Shown: piece by piece, positions 10,467 through 20,107 of the stretch | How the letters are laid out: every line of letters starts with the position of its first letter | How positions within the stretch are numbered: position 1 is the stretch's first letter | Assembly (NCBI GenBank): GCA_963835065.1 | Contig: CAWIEK010000037.1 | Span: forward strand, 187,946-251,945 | From: an uncultured Chthonomonadaceae bacterium | GTDB taxonomy: Bacteria > Armatimonadota > Chthonomonadetes > Chthonomonadales > Chthonomonadaceae | Direction of reading: 5' to 3' | DNA length: 64,000 nucleotides | Made by a program: the position numbers and the translations under genes | Notes under the pieces: generated by a model | Told to the model about the DNA's origin: nothing | Database searches by the model: none | What the model saw: only the letters and a program-made list of their open reading frames with translations

Positions 10467-10600
10467 TTCCCGTACCTCCTCCTGATGTTTTCGCAATGCC
10501 GAGTCAATCACAACTTCTCGCAAAGTCGGCTGTTCGCGCGGGTCGCGTTTGTGCAGAATCAACAGCAGCAAAAACTGTATGGCTCTGCTGCGCTGAAGTT

Positions 10601-11992
10601 TTAATTATCGGAGTGCAAACGCGCGTGGGCAAGCTGCCACTGCTGCCGAACGGCGTCGGGAGCGGTTCCGCCCTGCGAACTGCGGACAGCGACGCTTGAT
10701 TCTACCGTCAGTGCGGAAAGGGCGTTCTCGGTGTTGGCTTGCAGCAGGGGAGAGAAGCGGGAAAGCATGGGCGCGTCCAGTTGTTCCAGCGTGGTGTTGT
10801 TTGTAGTGCAGTAGCGTACCACTTCACCAACAACATCGTGCGCGTCCCGGAACGGCAAGCCCTGCCGTACCAGATAATCCGCTAAATCCGTTGCGGTGGA
10901 AAAATCGCCCTGCGTGGCCTGCCGCATCCGCTCGGCGCGGAATTTTGCCGTTTCCAATGTCTTCTGCATGGCGGGGATTACGAGGCGCAGGGTGTCAATG
11001 CCGTCAAACAACGGCTCTTTATCTTCCTGCATGTCCTTGTTGTAGGCGAGGGGCAGGCCCTTCATCAGCGTGAGCAGGGTTATCAGGTCGCCGTACACGC
11101 GCCCCGTTTTGCCCCGCGCCAGTTCCGCCACATCCGGGTTTTTCTTTTGCGGCATGATGCTGCTGCCGGTTGTCACGGCATCATCCAGCGTGACAAAGCC
11201 GAACTCCGGGCTGTTCCACAAAATGATTTCTTCGGCCATGCGAGACAGGTGCATCATCACAAGGGACGCGAAAGCCAGAAACTCAACCGCAAAATCACGG
11301 TCTGATACGGCATCGAGGCTGTTGGGGATAACCGTTTCAAAATCCAGCAGGTCGGCAGTTCGCTCCCGATTGATGGGGAAGCCCGTTCCCGCCAAGGCTC
11401 CTGCGCCGAGTGGACTGCGGTTGACGCGCCCCGTTAAATCGCCCAGGCGTTCGCGGTCCCGGTCCAGCATCCAGAAGTAGGCGAGCAGGTGGTGCGCGAG
11501 GACAATAGGCTGCGCGTGCTGCAAATGCGTATAACCGGGCAGTACCGTATCGAAATGCCGGGAAGATAATTGCAGCAGGGTTTCCTGTAGATTGCGCAGT
11601 TCGGTTTCGATTTCCCCGCATTGGCCGCGCAAATACAGCCGTACATCGGTCGCTACCTGATCGTTGCGGCTGCGGGCGGTGTGCAGTTTCCCCGCCACAC
11701 TTCCAAGCCGTTCTCGCAGCAAGCCTTCCACAGCCGTATGCACGTCTTCGGCATCGGGCGGCAGTTCCACGCTCCCGCTTTCCAGATCGTCGCGCAGCAG
11801 TTTCAAGCCGGCCACGATCTGCGCGGCTTCTTCCGCTTCAATAATGCCGGTTTCGCCGAGCATCGTCGCGTGGGCGATACTGCCCTGAATGTCGTGCCGC
11901 CACAAACGGGCGTCAAAAATCAGTGAATTGTTCAGGCGTTCGATGAGTTCATCCGTCTTGCCTTCAAAACGCCCGCCCCATAGTTTTCGCAT
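10601..11992 (-). CDS. argH: Argininosuccinate lyase
   Basis: LWGGRF, HTARSRNDQVATD, GYTHLQHAQP, GSSIMPQKKNPD, YNKDMQEDKE. Confidence 0.98.
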   Translation of the reverse strand: MRKLWGGRFEGKTDELIERLNNSLIFDARLWRHDIQGSIAHATMLGETGIIEAEEAAQIVAGLKLLRDDLESGSVELPPDAEDVHTAVEGLLRERLGSVAGKLHTARSRNDQVATDVRLYLRGQCGEIETELRNLQETLLQLSSRHFDTVLPGYTHLQHAQPIVLAHHLLAYFWMLDRDRERLGDLTGRVNRSPLGAGALAGTGFPINRERTADLLDFETVIPNSLDAVSDRDFAVEFLAFASLVMMHLSRMAEEIILWNSPEFGFVTLDDAVTTGSSIMPQKKNPDVAELARGKTGRVYGDLITLLTLMKGLPLAYNKDMQEDKEPLFDGIDTLRLVIPAMQKTLETAKFRAERMRQATQGDFSTATDLADYLVRQGLPFRDAHDVVGEVVRYCTTNNTTLEQLDAPMLSRFSPLLQANTENALSALTVESSVAVRSSQGGTAPDAVRQQWQLAHARLHSDN

Positions 11993-12254
11993 CGCTTTCC
12001 TGCTTTCCTACTCTGCATGTTTTTATATTGGGTGTATCTGCGCGTTATTATACCGTATACGCAGGCGATACAAACACGCCCCCTGCCGCTTTTAAGCCGG
12101 GTGGACTGCCCAACAGAGTTTATGAAATATTTCCAACCTCCGGCGGAAAGCGCGGCAGTAAACCTCCGAGTTGACTCCGTGTTGTGAAAATCATGCCGGC
12201 TTTGATGCCTGTGAGGTAAAATGAAGATGTGCGCCGACCCCGAAAGGAGAACCT

Positions 12255-12896
12255 ATGCAAGCAACCATTGCGCCACCAGAAATTGCGCCGACGCCGCCTG
12301 TTCCGGTTTGGGAGACTGCCTCTAATCGTATTCCCATCACCGTCGCTATGTGTCACTTGTTGGAGGAGGCCGGACTGCTGACCGGTCGCTATGAACTCAT
12401 CAACGGGGAGATAATATCCAAAATGGGACAAAATGCGCCCCACAGACTCACCATTATGCTAATCAACGTATGGCTGATTCATGTTTTTGGCGCTTTACAT
12501 GTCGCCATTCAGAGTTCCATTGACATTGGGAACGTGGCAGACCGGGAGATCAACGCCCCTGAACCTGACATCGTGGTACAAACGCTTCCCGCGCCCGCCT
12601 TCGCGGTCAATCTGCCCCGACCCACCGACATTGTTTTGCTTGTGGAGGTTTCCGACACAACCGCCCATTTCGATTTACACAACAAGGCCGCGCTTTACGC
12701 CCGCGCAGGCATTGCAGAGTATTGGGTAGCCGACATTGGGAAAAGGCGTATCGTAGCGCATCGTAACCCCACGCCGAACGGCTACGCGGATATCAGCGAA
12801 TACTCGGAACAGGCGAGCATTGCCACCGCCGCGCATCCTTCTGTCAGCGCGCGCGTCGCCGACCTGCTCCCGCCGGCACAGCCACAGGCCGCGTAG
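12255..12896 (+). CDS. Uma2 family endonuclease
   Basis: RYELINGEI, PEPDIVV, LLVEVSDTT, KAALYARAGIAEYWV. Confidence 0.92.
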   Translation: MQATIAPPEIAPTPPVPVWETASNRIPITVAMCHLLEEAGLLTGRYELINGEIISKMGQNAPHRLTIMLINVWLIHVFGALHVAIQSSIDIGNVADREINAPEPDIVVQTLPAPAFAVNLPRPTDIVLLVEVSDTTAHFDLHNKAALYARAGIAEYWVADIGKRRIVAHRNPTPNGYADISEYSEQASIATAAHPSVSARVADLLPPAQPQAA

Positions 12897-12930
12897 CCCG
12901 CATCATGCCCCCTGCAACCTGATCAAGAAC

Positions 12931-12969
12931 GCCCTCCGCCACGAACGGGAACTGTTCGTGGCGGAGGGC
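12931..12969. terminator. Hairpin between convergent genes
   Basis: 16-bp stem gccctccgccacgaac/gttcgtggcggagggc. Confidence 0.65.
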
Positions 12970-13072
12970 ATTCGTAAAAGAATGTCAACAAAAGTTCGTT
13001 ATTCCATAGTGAGCGTCCGAGCAGACTACCGCGAAGGAGTAGTTTGCGCGGATGCTCAGGCGGCAGAAACCG

Positions 13073-15463
13073 TTACTGCGGCACGGCGATGTTAAGCCCG
13101 GAACTGAATGTTCCTCCGATGTAGGAGCCGCTCATCACGAAGGGCGTGGTTCCCGAGGGAATGGCGGACGCGCTCGTGAAGGTCAGCGTCACGCTCTGGC
13201 TGGCTCCCGGCATCAGGGTAAAGGCGGCGGGCAGGGAAGCGGCATACTGCGTTCGCAGCCGCGCGCTTGCTACTTTCACGTTGGGCGCGACCCCGTTGCC
13301 GGTGTCTTGCAGCGTGAACGTGACGCTAACCGTGTTGGCGCTGACGCGGGCGGCGCGGATGTTGGTGACGATTACGCGCGGCGCGAACTGTACTTCAAAG
13401 GCGCCGATGTCGCTGCCATCGCCACCGGGCGCGTTGGGAATACCGGGCAGAACCACAGGACGGGTAAACCCGCGCTGATCGCCCCTGCCGCCATACAATC
13501 CATCCAGCAACGAGCCGATGAGATTCCTGCCTTTGTTGATGGCCGGGCTGTTGGACGCCAGAGCGTGGGTGAGCGTTAGCCCGCCATTGTCCTGCAAAGG
13601 GCCGAGCAGGGGATTGGTGTTGAGAATGTCGTTAGCATCGGTGAGCATGCCGCCCCCGTCGTCATCGGCCAGATTATAGCCGTAATTCATGATTCCCGGA
13701 TGTTCAAAAACGAGATTGCCGTTCGCGCTGCCGGCAAAAATGTTGTCGGTCACGATCAGTTGACGACCGGGAGCGTCGTCGTAAAACCCGCCGCCCTGCG
13801 CGGCCGTGTTGCCGTAAAAGGTCGAGTTGCAAAGGAAGCTCTGCACAATTGCGGAGTTGTAGATAGCCCCGCCCTTTCCGGTGGCCTGATTGCCGCTGAA
13901 CGTGCTGGCGTACGTTATAAGAGACTGCGCGGAAGAAATACGCAATCCGCCTCCATTGGCGGCGAGGTTGGAATAAAGCGTACACCGCGACAGGATTGCG
14001 CCCTGACCGCCGACAAAGAGGCCGCCGCCATCTCCCTGCGTTTGATTAAGGGCAAGCGTGCTGTTGGTCAATTCAAGAACGCCGCTGCTGCTGATGCCGC
14101 CGCCATTGTCGGTGGCGAAACTGCCCACTACCGAACAGTTCGTCAGAAGCGCGCTTCCCGTATTGTTGATGCCGCCGCCCTCATGGAAGGCGAAACCGCC
14201 CGTAATCGCGCTGTTTGTCAGAATTGCGGCTCCGCTGTTGCTCAGGTCGCCGCCATTGCCGTTGACGCCGTTGCCGAAAATCGTCAGGCCGGATGCGATA
14301 AGCAGGCCTGTGTTGAAAACGCCGCCGCCGTCCTGGTTGGCGAAATTGGCCCTCACATCGCAATTGGAGTATGTGGAATTGGCGACATTACCGGTGCCGC
14401 GCACATTAAAGATGCCGCCGCCATTGACAGCGTTGTTGCCTTTGAAGGAACAATTGTTGATGGTCCCGGCAACATCGTCCTCGCTAAACAGGCCACCCCC
14501 GGCGGCGGCGCTGTTGTTCTGGAAACCGCAGCCGTCCATGTTGAGCGTCACGCTGGAATTGGGCGTGGCGGAGCAGGCAACGCCGCCCCCTCCTCCTATT
14601 TTGTTGGCGGCGCTGCCGACCACATTGCCGTTGAAAGCGCCGCTCGTAACCGTAAGCGTGATTTTGCCGTTATCCGATGCGCCAATGTGCGCGCCGCCGC
14701 CCAGTATCTGCGCGCTATTGTTGAGGAACTGACAGTCGGACAGCGTTACGCCGACCACGCTGTTCATCCCTGCTAAGGCGGAAAAGCCGCCGCCAAAGTC
14801 TGTGCTGGTATTGTTGGTCAGCGTACAGTGGCTCAACGTCGCCGACGCGCCGGAGTTGGCCGCGCTGCTGCAAAAGACTCCTCCTCCGAATGAGGCGCTA
14901 TTGCCGCTGAGCGTACAGTTGTTCATCGTTAAAGAGCCGAGGCTGCAGATGCCTCCCCCAAACTCGCTGCTGTTGCCGCTGAGCGTACAGTTGGTCAGCG
15001 TGAGCGCGCCGATGCTGAAGATGCCGCCGCCCACGCCGGTATTGCCTTGCGAGAGGCCGTTGCTGATCGTGACGCTCGTGATGCTTACGGTGGGGCCGCT
15101 TGTCGCCCCGCTGATAACGCTGAAAACCGTAAACGCAGGCGTGTTCGGGTCGGAACTGCGCGCGACGGCCACGTTGAAGCCGGTTCCATCTATGGAAACA
15201 GCGTCGGTAATGTAGGGCAGGGCCGAGGTAAGCGTAATCACGCCACCCACATTAAAGGTGATGGTGTCGGCTCCGGCATGGGCGTTGGCTTGCGTGATCG
15301 CGTCGCGCAACGTGCCGCTGCCGGAGTCGTTTAGCGAGGTGACAGGATAGTTATCGGCGCGGGCGACCCGCCCTAAACAAAGCGCGGATAGAAGCAGCAG
15401 CCACAAACCGGCCAGTCGGCGCAGGCGTGGAATTAGAGCGCGAAACAGCGCGGAAGGGAACAT
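13073..15463 (-). CDS. Secreted beta-helix/Pmp-repeat protein with choice-of-anchor Q-like C-terminus
   Basis: Likely start 15463 after SD aaggag; signal peptide ending ARA; VTSLNDSGSGTLRDAI; repeated GGGI/FxxN; LGPLQDNGG...DQRG...DIGAFE. Confidence 0.88.
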   Translation of the reverse strand: MFPSALFRALIPRLRRLAGLWLLLLSALCLGRVARADNYPVTSLNDSGSGTLRDAITQANAHAGADTITFNVGGVITLTSALPYITDAVSIDGTGFNVAVARSSDPNTPAFTVFSVISGATSGPTVSITSVTISNGLSQGNTGVGGGIFSIGALTLTNCTLSGNSSEFGGGICSLGSLTMNNCTLSGNSASFGGGVFCSSAANSGASATLSHCTLTNNTSTDFGGGFSALAGMNSVVGVTLSDCQFLNNSAQILGGGAHIGASDNGKITLTVTSGAFNGNVVGSAANKIGGGGGVACSATPNSSVTLNMDGCGFQNNSAAAGGGLFSEDDVAGTINNCSFKGNNAVNGGGIFNVRGTGNVANSTYSNCDVRANFANQDGGGVFNTGLLIASGLTIFGNGVNGNGGDLSNSGAAILTNSAITGGFAFHEGGGINNTGSALLTNCSVVGSFATDNGGGISSSGVLELTNSTLALNQTQGDGGGLFVGGQGAILSRCTLYSNLAANGGGLRISSAQSLITYASTFSGNQATGKGGAIYNSAIVQSFLCNSTFYGNTAAQGGGFYDDAPGRQLIVTDNIFAGSANGNLVFEHPGIMNYGYNLADDDGGGMLTDANDILNTNPLLGPLQDNGGLTLTHALASNSPAINKGRNLIGSLLDGLYGGRGDQRGFTRPVVLPGIPNAPGGDGSDIGAFEVQFAPRVIVTNIRAARVSANTVSVTFTLQDTGNGVAPNVKVASARLRTQYAASLPAAFTLMPGASQSVTLTFTSASAIPSGTTPFVMSGSYIGGTFSSGLNIAVPQ

Positions 15464-15800
15464 GGTTGTGGGTCTCCTTGTTGCCGGGCAACAGATTGCT
15501 GCCTGCGAACATAGTGGGTTCAGAAGGTTTGTTTTGACAGGTGACGCTCGGAGATCGAGGGCGGAAGGAACGGCGCGGATGCCCTTTCCGCCTTCCATTG
15601 CGGCGTTTCCCATCAACAATAATAACCCGGCAAAGAAGGAAATAAGCCTGTTTACACACAAGTTGCAAGTACGCTGTAAAAATGCAGAAACTCAGGGGCT
15701 TTCGTTCTAAAAACGCTCTGAATGCCGGATGTTGGCGGCAAAACCGTTTACGCGCAAGATGCAGTGTTCGGGGTGCGCAAGCGCCTGCTAAAAAGAGGGA

Positions 15801-17123
15801 TTGACAGGAAACATGGCAGAAAGTCTCGCAGAGTTGTTGCGTGGTTTGCGCGGGGCGCGGGGGCTTTCGCTGGCGCAGTTGGCTGCGCGGTCACAAGTGT
15901 CGGAGCGTACGCTCAGTTATTGGGAGGCGGGAACCCGGCAGCCGCGCCTGCCGGAACTGGAAATGGTGTTGGCCGCGCTGGAAACGCGGACGGCACAGCG
16001 AAACGAGGCGCTCACCCTTCTTTCCGGGCCGCGCGGCGCGCGGGAACTACGTTTGTCGCCGGAGCATATCCGCCATGAAAACGCTATCGGGATGCTGCCT
16101 TCGGGCGGCGATCTGCTGCGGGCGCTCAGGCATCGGCGGGGCCTGTATCTGGAGCAGGTCGCCGCGCAGATGGGCGTGTCGGGGGCAACCGTGAGCCGCT
16201 GGGAGCAGGGCAAAGTCGTGCCGCCTCCCGACCGCCTGGACGCGCTGCTGACGCTGCTGGGCGCGCGGCAGGGGGAGCGGGCTGCGCTGAAGGAGGGGTA
16301 TCTGTTTCTTATGACTCCGCTGCGCGCTTATACGCAGGAGGTTTCTGATTTGCGGGAAAACTTTGAAGCGTTCATGCGCGCGCACTACGCCACTCCTGAC
16401 GACAGGCTCGACGATTTAAGTTTTCTCTCCTTTGAGGCACAGGCGTGGACGCTGACGGTCAGAGACTCAAGTGGACGGAACCTGCTGGCGGCGGTTTGCG
16501 CCAACTATGCGGCCTTTCTTGCCGCCTCCGGGCGGATGAAGGAGGCGGGGCAGTATGCCTGGCGCGCGCTCGACCTTCTGGAAGCATCGTCCTCGTCGCA
16601 AGAAACCTTTACGAAAGAAACCGCGCTGCGCGGAGCCATCATCGCGGCGCAATCGGAGGTGTTTCAGGGAACGCGCCCCGCGCCCGAACGCGGGCTGAAA
16701 ATACTGCAATCGTGGCGTTCCGTCGCCGTCGCGCCCATGTTTCAAGCCTGGATACTTTCCAACATGGGCGGGTATCTCGCGCTGCAAGCCGATTGGGAGG
16801 CCGCCCTAATTTTGCAGCAAGAGGCGTGCCGCGTGGCGGAACGGGATTCAGACCCGGATCAACTGCGCTTTCGGCAAATGGATCTGGCGCGGGTGGAACT
16901 GAGCGCGGGACGGGCGGAGCGGGTGCTGTCTCTTGTCACCCTGTCGGCGCAGGACTTTCCGAGCCGGCGCGCGCGTATTGAATTGCTGTTTGCCGAAGCG
17001 CTGCTGGTTCTGGAGGAACGCGCCAACGCGCACTTTTGGCTGGAGCGCGCCAATGCCGACATCCTTGCCAATGACCTCACATATTTGCAGTCCCGCTCCG
17101 ATGCTCTGACCAAACGGCTTTGA
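15801..17123 (+). CDS. Transcriptional regulator with two XRE HTH domains and a helical/TPR-like C-terminus
   Basis: LRGARGLSLAQLA...YWEAG and LRHRRGLYLEQVA...RWEQG; divergent from the beta-helix gene. Confidence 0.88.
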   Translation: MTGNMAESLAELLRGLRGARGLSLAQLAARSQVSERTLSYWEAGTRQPRLPELEMVLAALETRTAQRNEALTLLSGPRGARELRLSPEHIRHENAIGMLPSGGDLLRALRHRRGLYLEQVAAQMGVSGATVSRWEQGKVVPPPDRLDALLTLLGARQGERAALKEGYLFLMTPLRAYTQEVSDLRENFEAFMRAHYATPDDRLDDLSFLSFEAQAWTLTVRDSSGRNLLAAVCANYAAFLAASGRMKEAGQYAWRALDLLEASSSSQETFTKETALRGAIIAAQSEVFQGTRPAPERGLKILQSWRSVAVAPMFQAWILSNMGGYLALQADWEAALILQQEACRVAERDSDPDQLRFRQMDLARVELSAGRAERVLSLVTLSAQDFPSRRARIELLFAEALLVLEERANAHFWLERANADILANDLTYLQSRSDALTKRL

Positions 17124-17387
17124 GCGCCTGTAAATCTAACCTTTCCCGAACCGGCGCAGGCAAAGAATGAAGGATGAAAAAATGATATGTAGAGGCATCG
17201 TCGAAATCTTGGCAATACAGCGCTTCCAGCCCGATGTCTCGTTGTGTCAGGTTGTAGGAGTGAGGCGTCGTGGCCTCCGTAGCGTCAGGGCGGACGGGAG
17301 CGTGGGAACATCCTCATGCACCTCCCTTCCTGTATGGATAGCACCTGTGGGTATAACGTCTTTATAGTAGACGTTTGTACTAATGTT

Positions 17388-17414
17388 TAGACGGAGACGT
17401 GGGGCAAAGGGTTC
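17388..17414 (-). promoter_or_regulatory. Putative ECF-sigma promoter
   Basis: GAAC-N17-CGTCTA on the minus strand. Confidence 0.5.
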
Positions 17415-17466
17415 GCTTTTTCGCGTTGTTTTGATCTTTTTTTCTGTTTCTTTTTTGCGGGATTGG

Positions 17467-17566
17467 CACTAAGGGTCCGTAAATCTATAACTTCCCGAAT
17501 GTCGGTAGGGGCGTTGCTTGCTGCGCCCAATACGGCGGGAAGTTATAGATTTACAGACCCTTAGTG
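17467..17566. mobile_element. MITE-like element with an internal GTAG-type REP hairpin
   Basis: 31-bp near-perfect TIR cactaagggtccgtaaatctataacttcccg/cgggaagttatagatttacagacccttagtg; the core is gtaggggcgttgcttgctgcgccc. Confidence 0.7.
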
Positions 17567-17582
17567 TAGAAGGACATTTGGT

Positions 17583-17966
17583 ATGACTATTACATTGAAT
17601 TTACCCCCGGATATGGAAGGGCAAGTGCAGCAGGCAGCGCGGACGCAAGGCAAGGAGGTCGCCGTGTTCCTTCTCGACAGTATCCGTCAGCGTTTGCGCC
17701 ATGACGTGCTGCCTGAATCGGAGGCGCGTCTGCTTCAGATAATCAATGCCCCCATTGCTCCCGAAGCGCGGCAGGAACGCGATGCTTTGCTTGCGCTGCA
17801 ACAACAACGGGAACTGACGGATGCCGAACAGGAAACCCTCACTCAACTTATAGATGAGGTCGAACTCGCCAACGCGAAACGCTGGCAGTGCCTTGCCGAA
17901 CTCGCCGAACGACGCGGGCTTTCGCTTGCCGAAATCACGCGGGAACTGGAAATACCCCTTACCTGA
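17583..17966 (+). CDS. Hypothetical protein, probable partner of the HNH gene
   Basis: MTITLNLPPDME antitoxin-like start; ends 5 nt before the HNH gene. Confidence 0.8.
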   Translation: MTITLNLPPDMEGQVQQAARTQGKEVAVFLLDSIRQRLRHDVLPESEARLLQIINAPIAPEARQERDALLALQQQRELTDAEQETLTQLIDEVELANAKRWQCLAELAERRGLSLAEITRELEIPLT

Positions 17967-17971
17967 ACGCC

Positions 17972-18397
17972 ATGTCGCAAACCTACATTCCAGTTGCGCT
18001 TGAACGTCTTGTTACTGAGCGTTCAAGAGGACAGTGCGAATATTGCCGCTGTTTGACCGAGTTCCATTCCGACCCATTTGCCGTAGAGCATATTATTCCT
18101 GAAGCGAGAGGCGGTTCTACAAACGAGGCTAATCTGGCCTTGTCATGTCTGGGATGCAACAGTTTCAAAGGCGCGTTTCAGACCGGAATAGACCCGGTGA
18201 CGGAAAGAGAAGTTCCTCTGTTTCATCCACGAGTGCAGCAATGGACACAGCATTTTGCATGGAACGGCGATACGACACAGGTTATCGGCATTACGGCGAC
18301 AGGACGCGCAACCATTGCGCGATTGCGCCTGAACCTTCCGGGTCTGGTCAATCTCCGCGCTGCGCTTCATCGCTTCGGCGTTCACCCTCCAGGTTAG
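17972..18397 (+). CDS. HNH endonuclease
   Basis: CEYC...VEHIIP...GG...NLALSCLGCNSFKG, LFHPR, GITATGRATI; likely start MSQTYIP at 17972. Confidence 0.92.
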   Translation: MSQTYIPVALERLVTERSRGQCEYCRCLTEFHSDPFAVEHIIPEARGGSTNEANLALSCLGCNSFKGAFQTGIDPVTEREVPLFHPRVQQWTQHFAWNGDTTQVIGITATGRATIARLRLNLPGLVNLRAALHRFGVHPPG

Positions 18398-18527
18398 GCT
18401 ACCCCCGCCATACTTCACGCAGGAAATCTCATTTGAAGATTGCCATAACCGAAGCCGAGAGTCTCGGCTTTCCTCTGCTTAGTCAGGGTATAATTCCACA
18501 CAGATCGCAGAAGGGAACCATCCGGCA

Positions 18528-18781
18528 ATGACAACCAAAACACTGGACACTATCACCCGCGAAGAGTTTGACCGCCGGCTTGATGCGTACAACGAACGAC
18601 GGCACAACGAATTACAGCGCATCGAAGCACAACAGGCGCAAGTTGGATCGGTGTTGGCCCATTATGAGCAAATGCTGGACGAAATTGAAGCTGGACTTGC
18701 GACTTCATACATGAACGACTGGATCAAATTATAGCGCGAGTAGAACGCATTGAAGAACAAACGCGCTTCCGTTCTTCCTGA
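18528..18781 (+). CDS. Small coiled-coil hypothetical protein (probable frameshift near 18705)
   Basis: ORF 18528..18734; a shifted frame continues IHERLDQIIARVERIEEQTRFRSS*. Confidence 0.55.
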
Positions 18782-18795
18782 ATAAAAGGAAGCCG

Positions 18796-18966
18796 TTAGC
18801 CACTGTAATCGCCCATTGCGCCCGCGTCCGCCTGCTTATGCGCCGCAGCCGCGCTGCCAGGCAGTTGTTATTCCATGCTGCCCGACAGCAGTACGCCTGT
18901 CGCGTCTTTCAGTTTGAAGTAGAGTTTGAACTGCATGCCGCGCGTCTTGACGATGCCTAACGTCTC
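18796..18966 (-). pseudogene. argG: Orphan diverged copy of the argG 3' end
   Basis: Reads ETLGIVKTRGMQFKLYFKLKDATGVLLSGSME*QLPGSAAAAHKQADAGAMGDYSG*; intact argG (47364-47543) reads ESLGIVKTHGMQSKLYFKLKYPEGALLAGNMEQKLLGSQPVAHEQADAGDAGATGDYSG*. Confidence 0.93.
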
Positions 18967-20066
18967 AATATGCCGGCAGGGCCGTTTCCATCAATGTGCA
19001 TAAATTGATTGGTGCAAGTGTTCCACTCTCGTCTTGCTGCGCGGCGCGTAACTGCTGAAGACCTTGCGTGAAGGGAACAAACGTATCGGTGGCGGGCGAG
19101 AAAACCATTTCATGTATTTTCAGGCGCGGCCCTAATGTGTCCGCAATCGACATGAGTTTCTCTACCGGCAAGCCTTCTGCGGGCAACTGAAGCGCAAGCG
19201 CGTACTGACGCTCCAGTCCCTCTGCTATAGCTTTATCGGCAGACAGACGCTGCAGTAAGTCTTCCGGCGAAACGAAGGTGTCATTTTCGACGGTGTAGAC
19301 GAGTTTATCATTCACTATGTGTGGGTGAACCACTTCCAGCAGTTCATAAATTCCCCGCGCCAATAACAGAGGACGCCCATAACGCCGCATGTACCATTCC
19401 ACCCAGGGCTTCGCTTGCTCGCCCAACTGTTGGCCTGTTATCTGGGGCAGCAACGTCCGGGCGGGCCGATATACGCGCACACGCTGGCTCGCCAGCATGG
19501 GGATCAGCGCGGCAGTCAGGGAACCGTCCTTATCGGAAATGTGATGCTGCGCGGCCAAGGCTTCCACGACCAGCGCAGCCTTCTGCTGACAATTCCACAC
19601 GGGCGTTTGCAGCGCGTGTATCAGCGGACGAAGGGGAACAGCAGCGTGGGGGTTCTGCTGCGCCAGGCGTCCCAATGCCAGGCAGGTATTGTTCGCCAGG
19701 TGAACCGGATCGCGCTCCAACGCCTGCGAAAGCGCCCGAATTGCGCGTTTTGCATCCGGCGCGTAACTCAGAATGTAGGCCGCCGCGTCCTGCTGCTCCG
19801 ATGTGCCTTTGCTTAACATTTGTTCCAGCAGCGCCTGCTGTTGCTGCGCCTGCTGTACGAGACGCTCCTCCGCCGCTTTCATACCTCCGCCGATTTCCCC
19901 GCAGAGGCAACGTTACCCAACAACCGTCTTTCATCCATTCCTGATAAAGCTGCATTACCTGCTGTACGCCAGCCGCGTTCGCTGTCTGCGCGGCAGTCTC
20001 GGCTCTTTGCGCCCTCACAGGACACGCCCTCAAAAGCAGCAAACAGCAAAAAATCCACGTTCGCAC
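18965..20066 (-). CDS. Secreted HEAT-repeat-like protein (frameshifted near 19900)
   Basis: Signal peptide MRTWIFCCLLLLRACPVRA in the 19530..20066 frame; helical repeats and LPQITGQQLG..W.EW in the 18965..19882 frame. Confidence 0.65.
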
Positions 20067-20107
20067 CGTATTCTCCTTTAGAATTTTACACTAACAATTA
20101 TAAATTT

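Noticed and set aside
12010..12035. ARG box upstream of argH (tgcatgtttttatatt)
   Set aside because: Only a half-site match, and not in a tandem pair.
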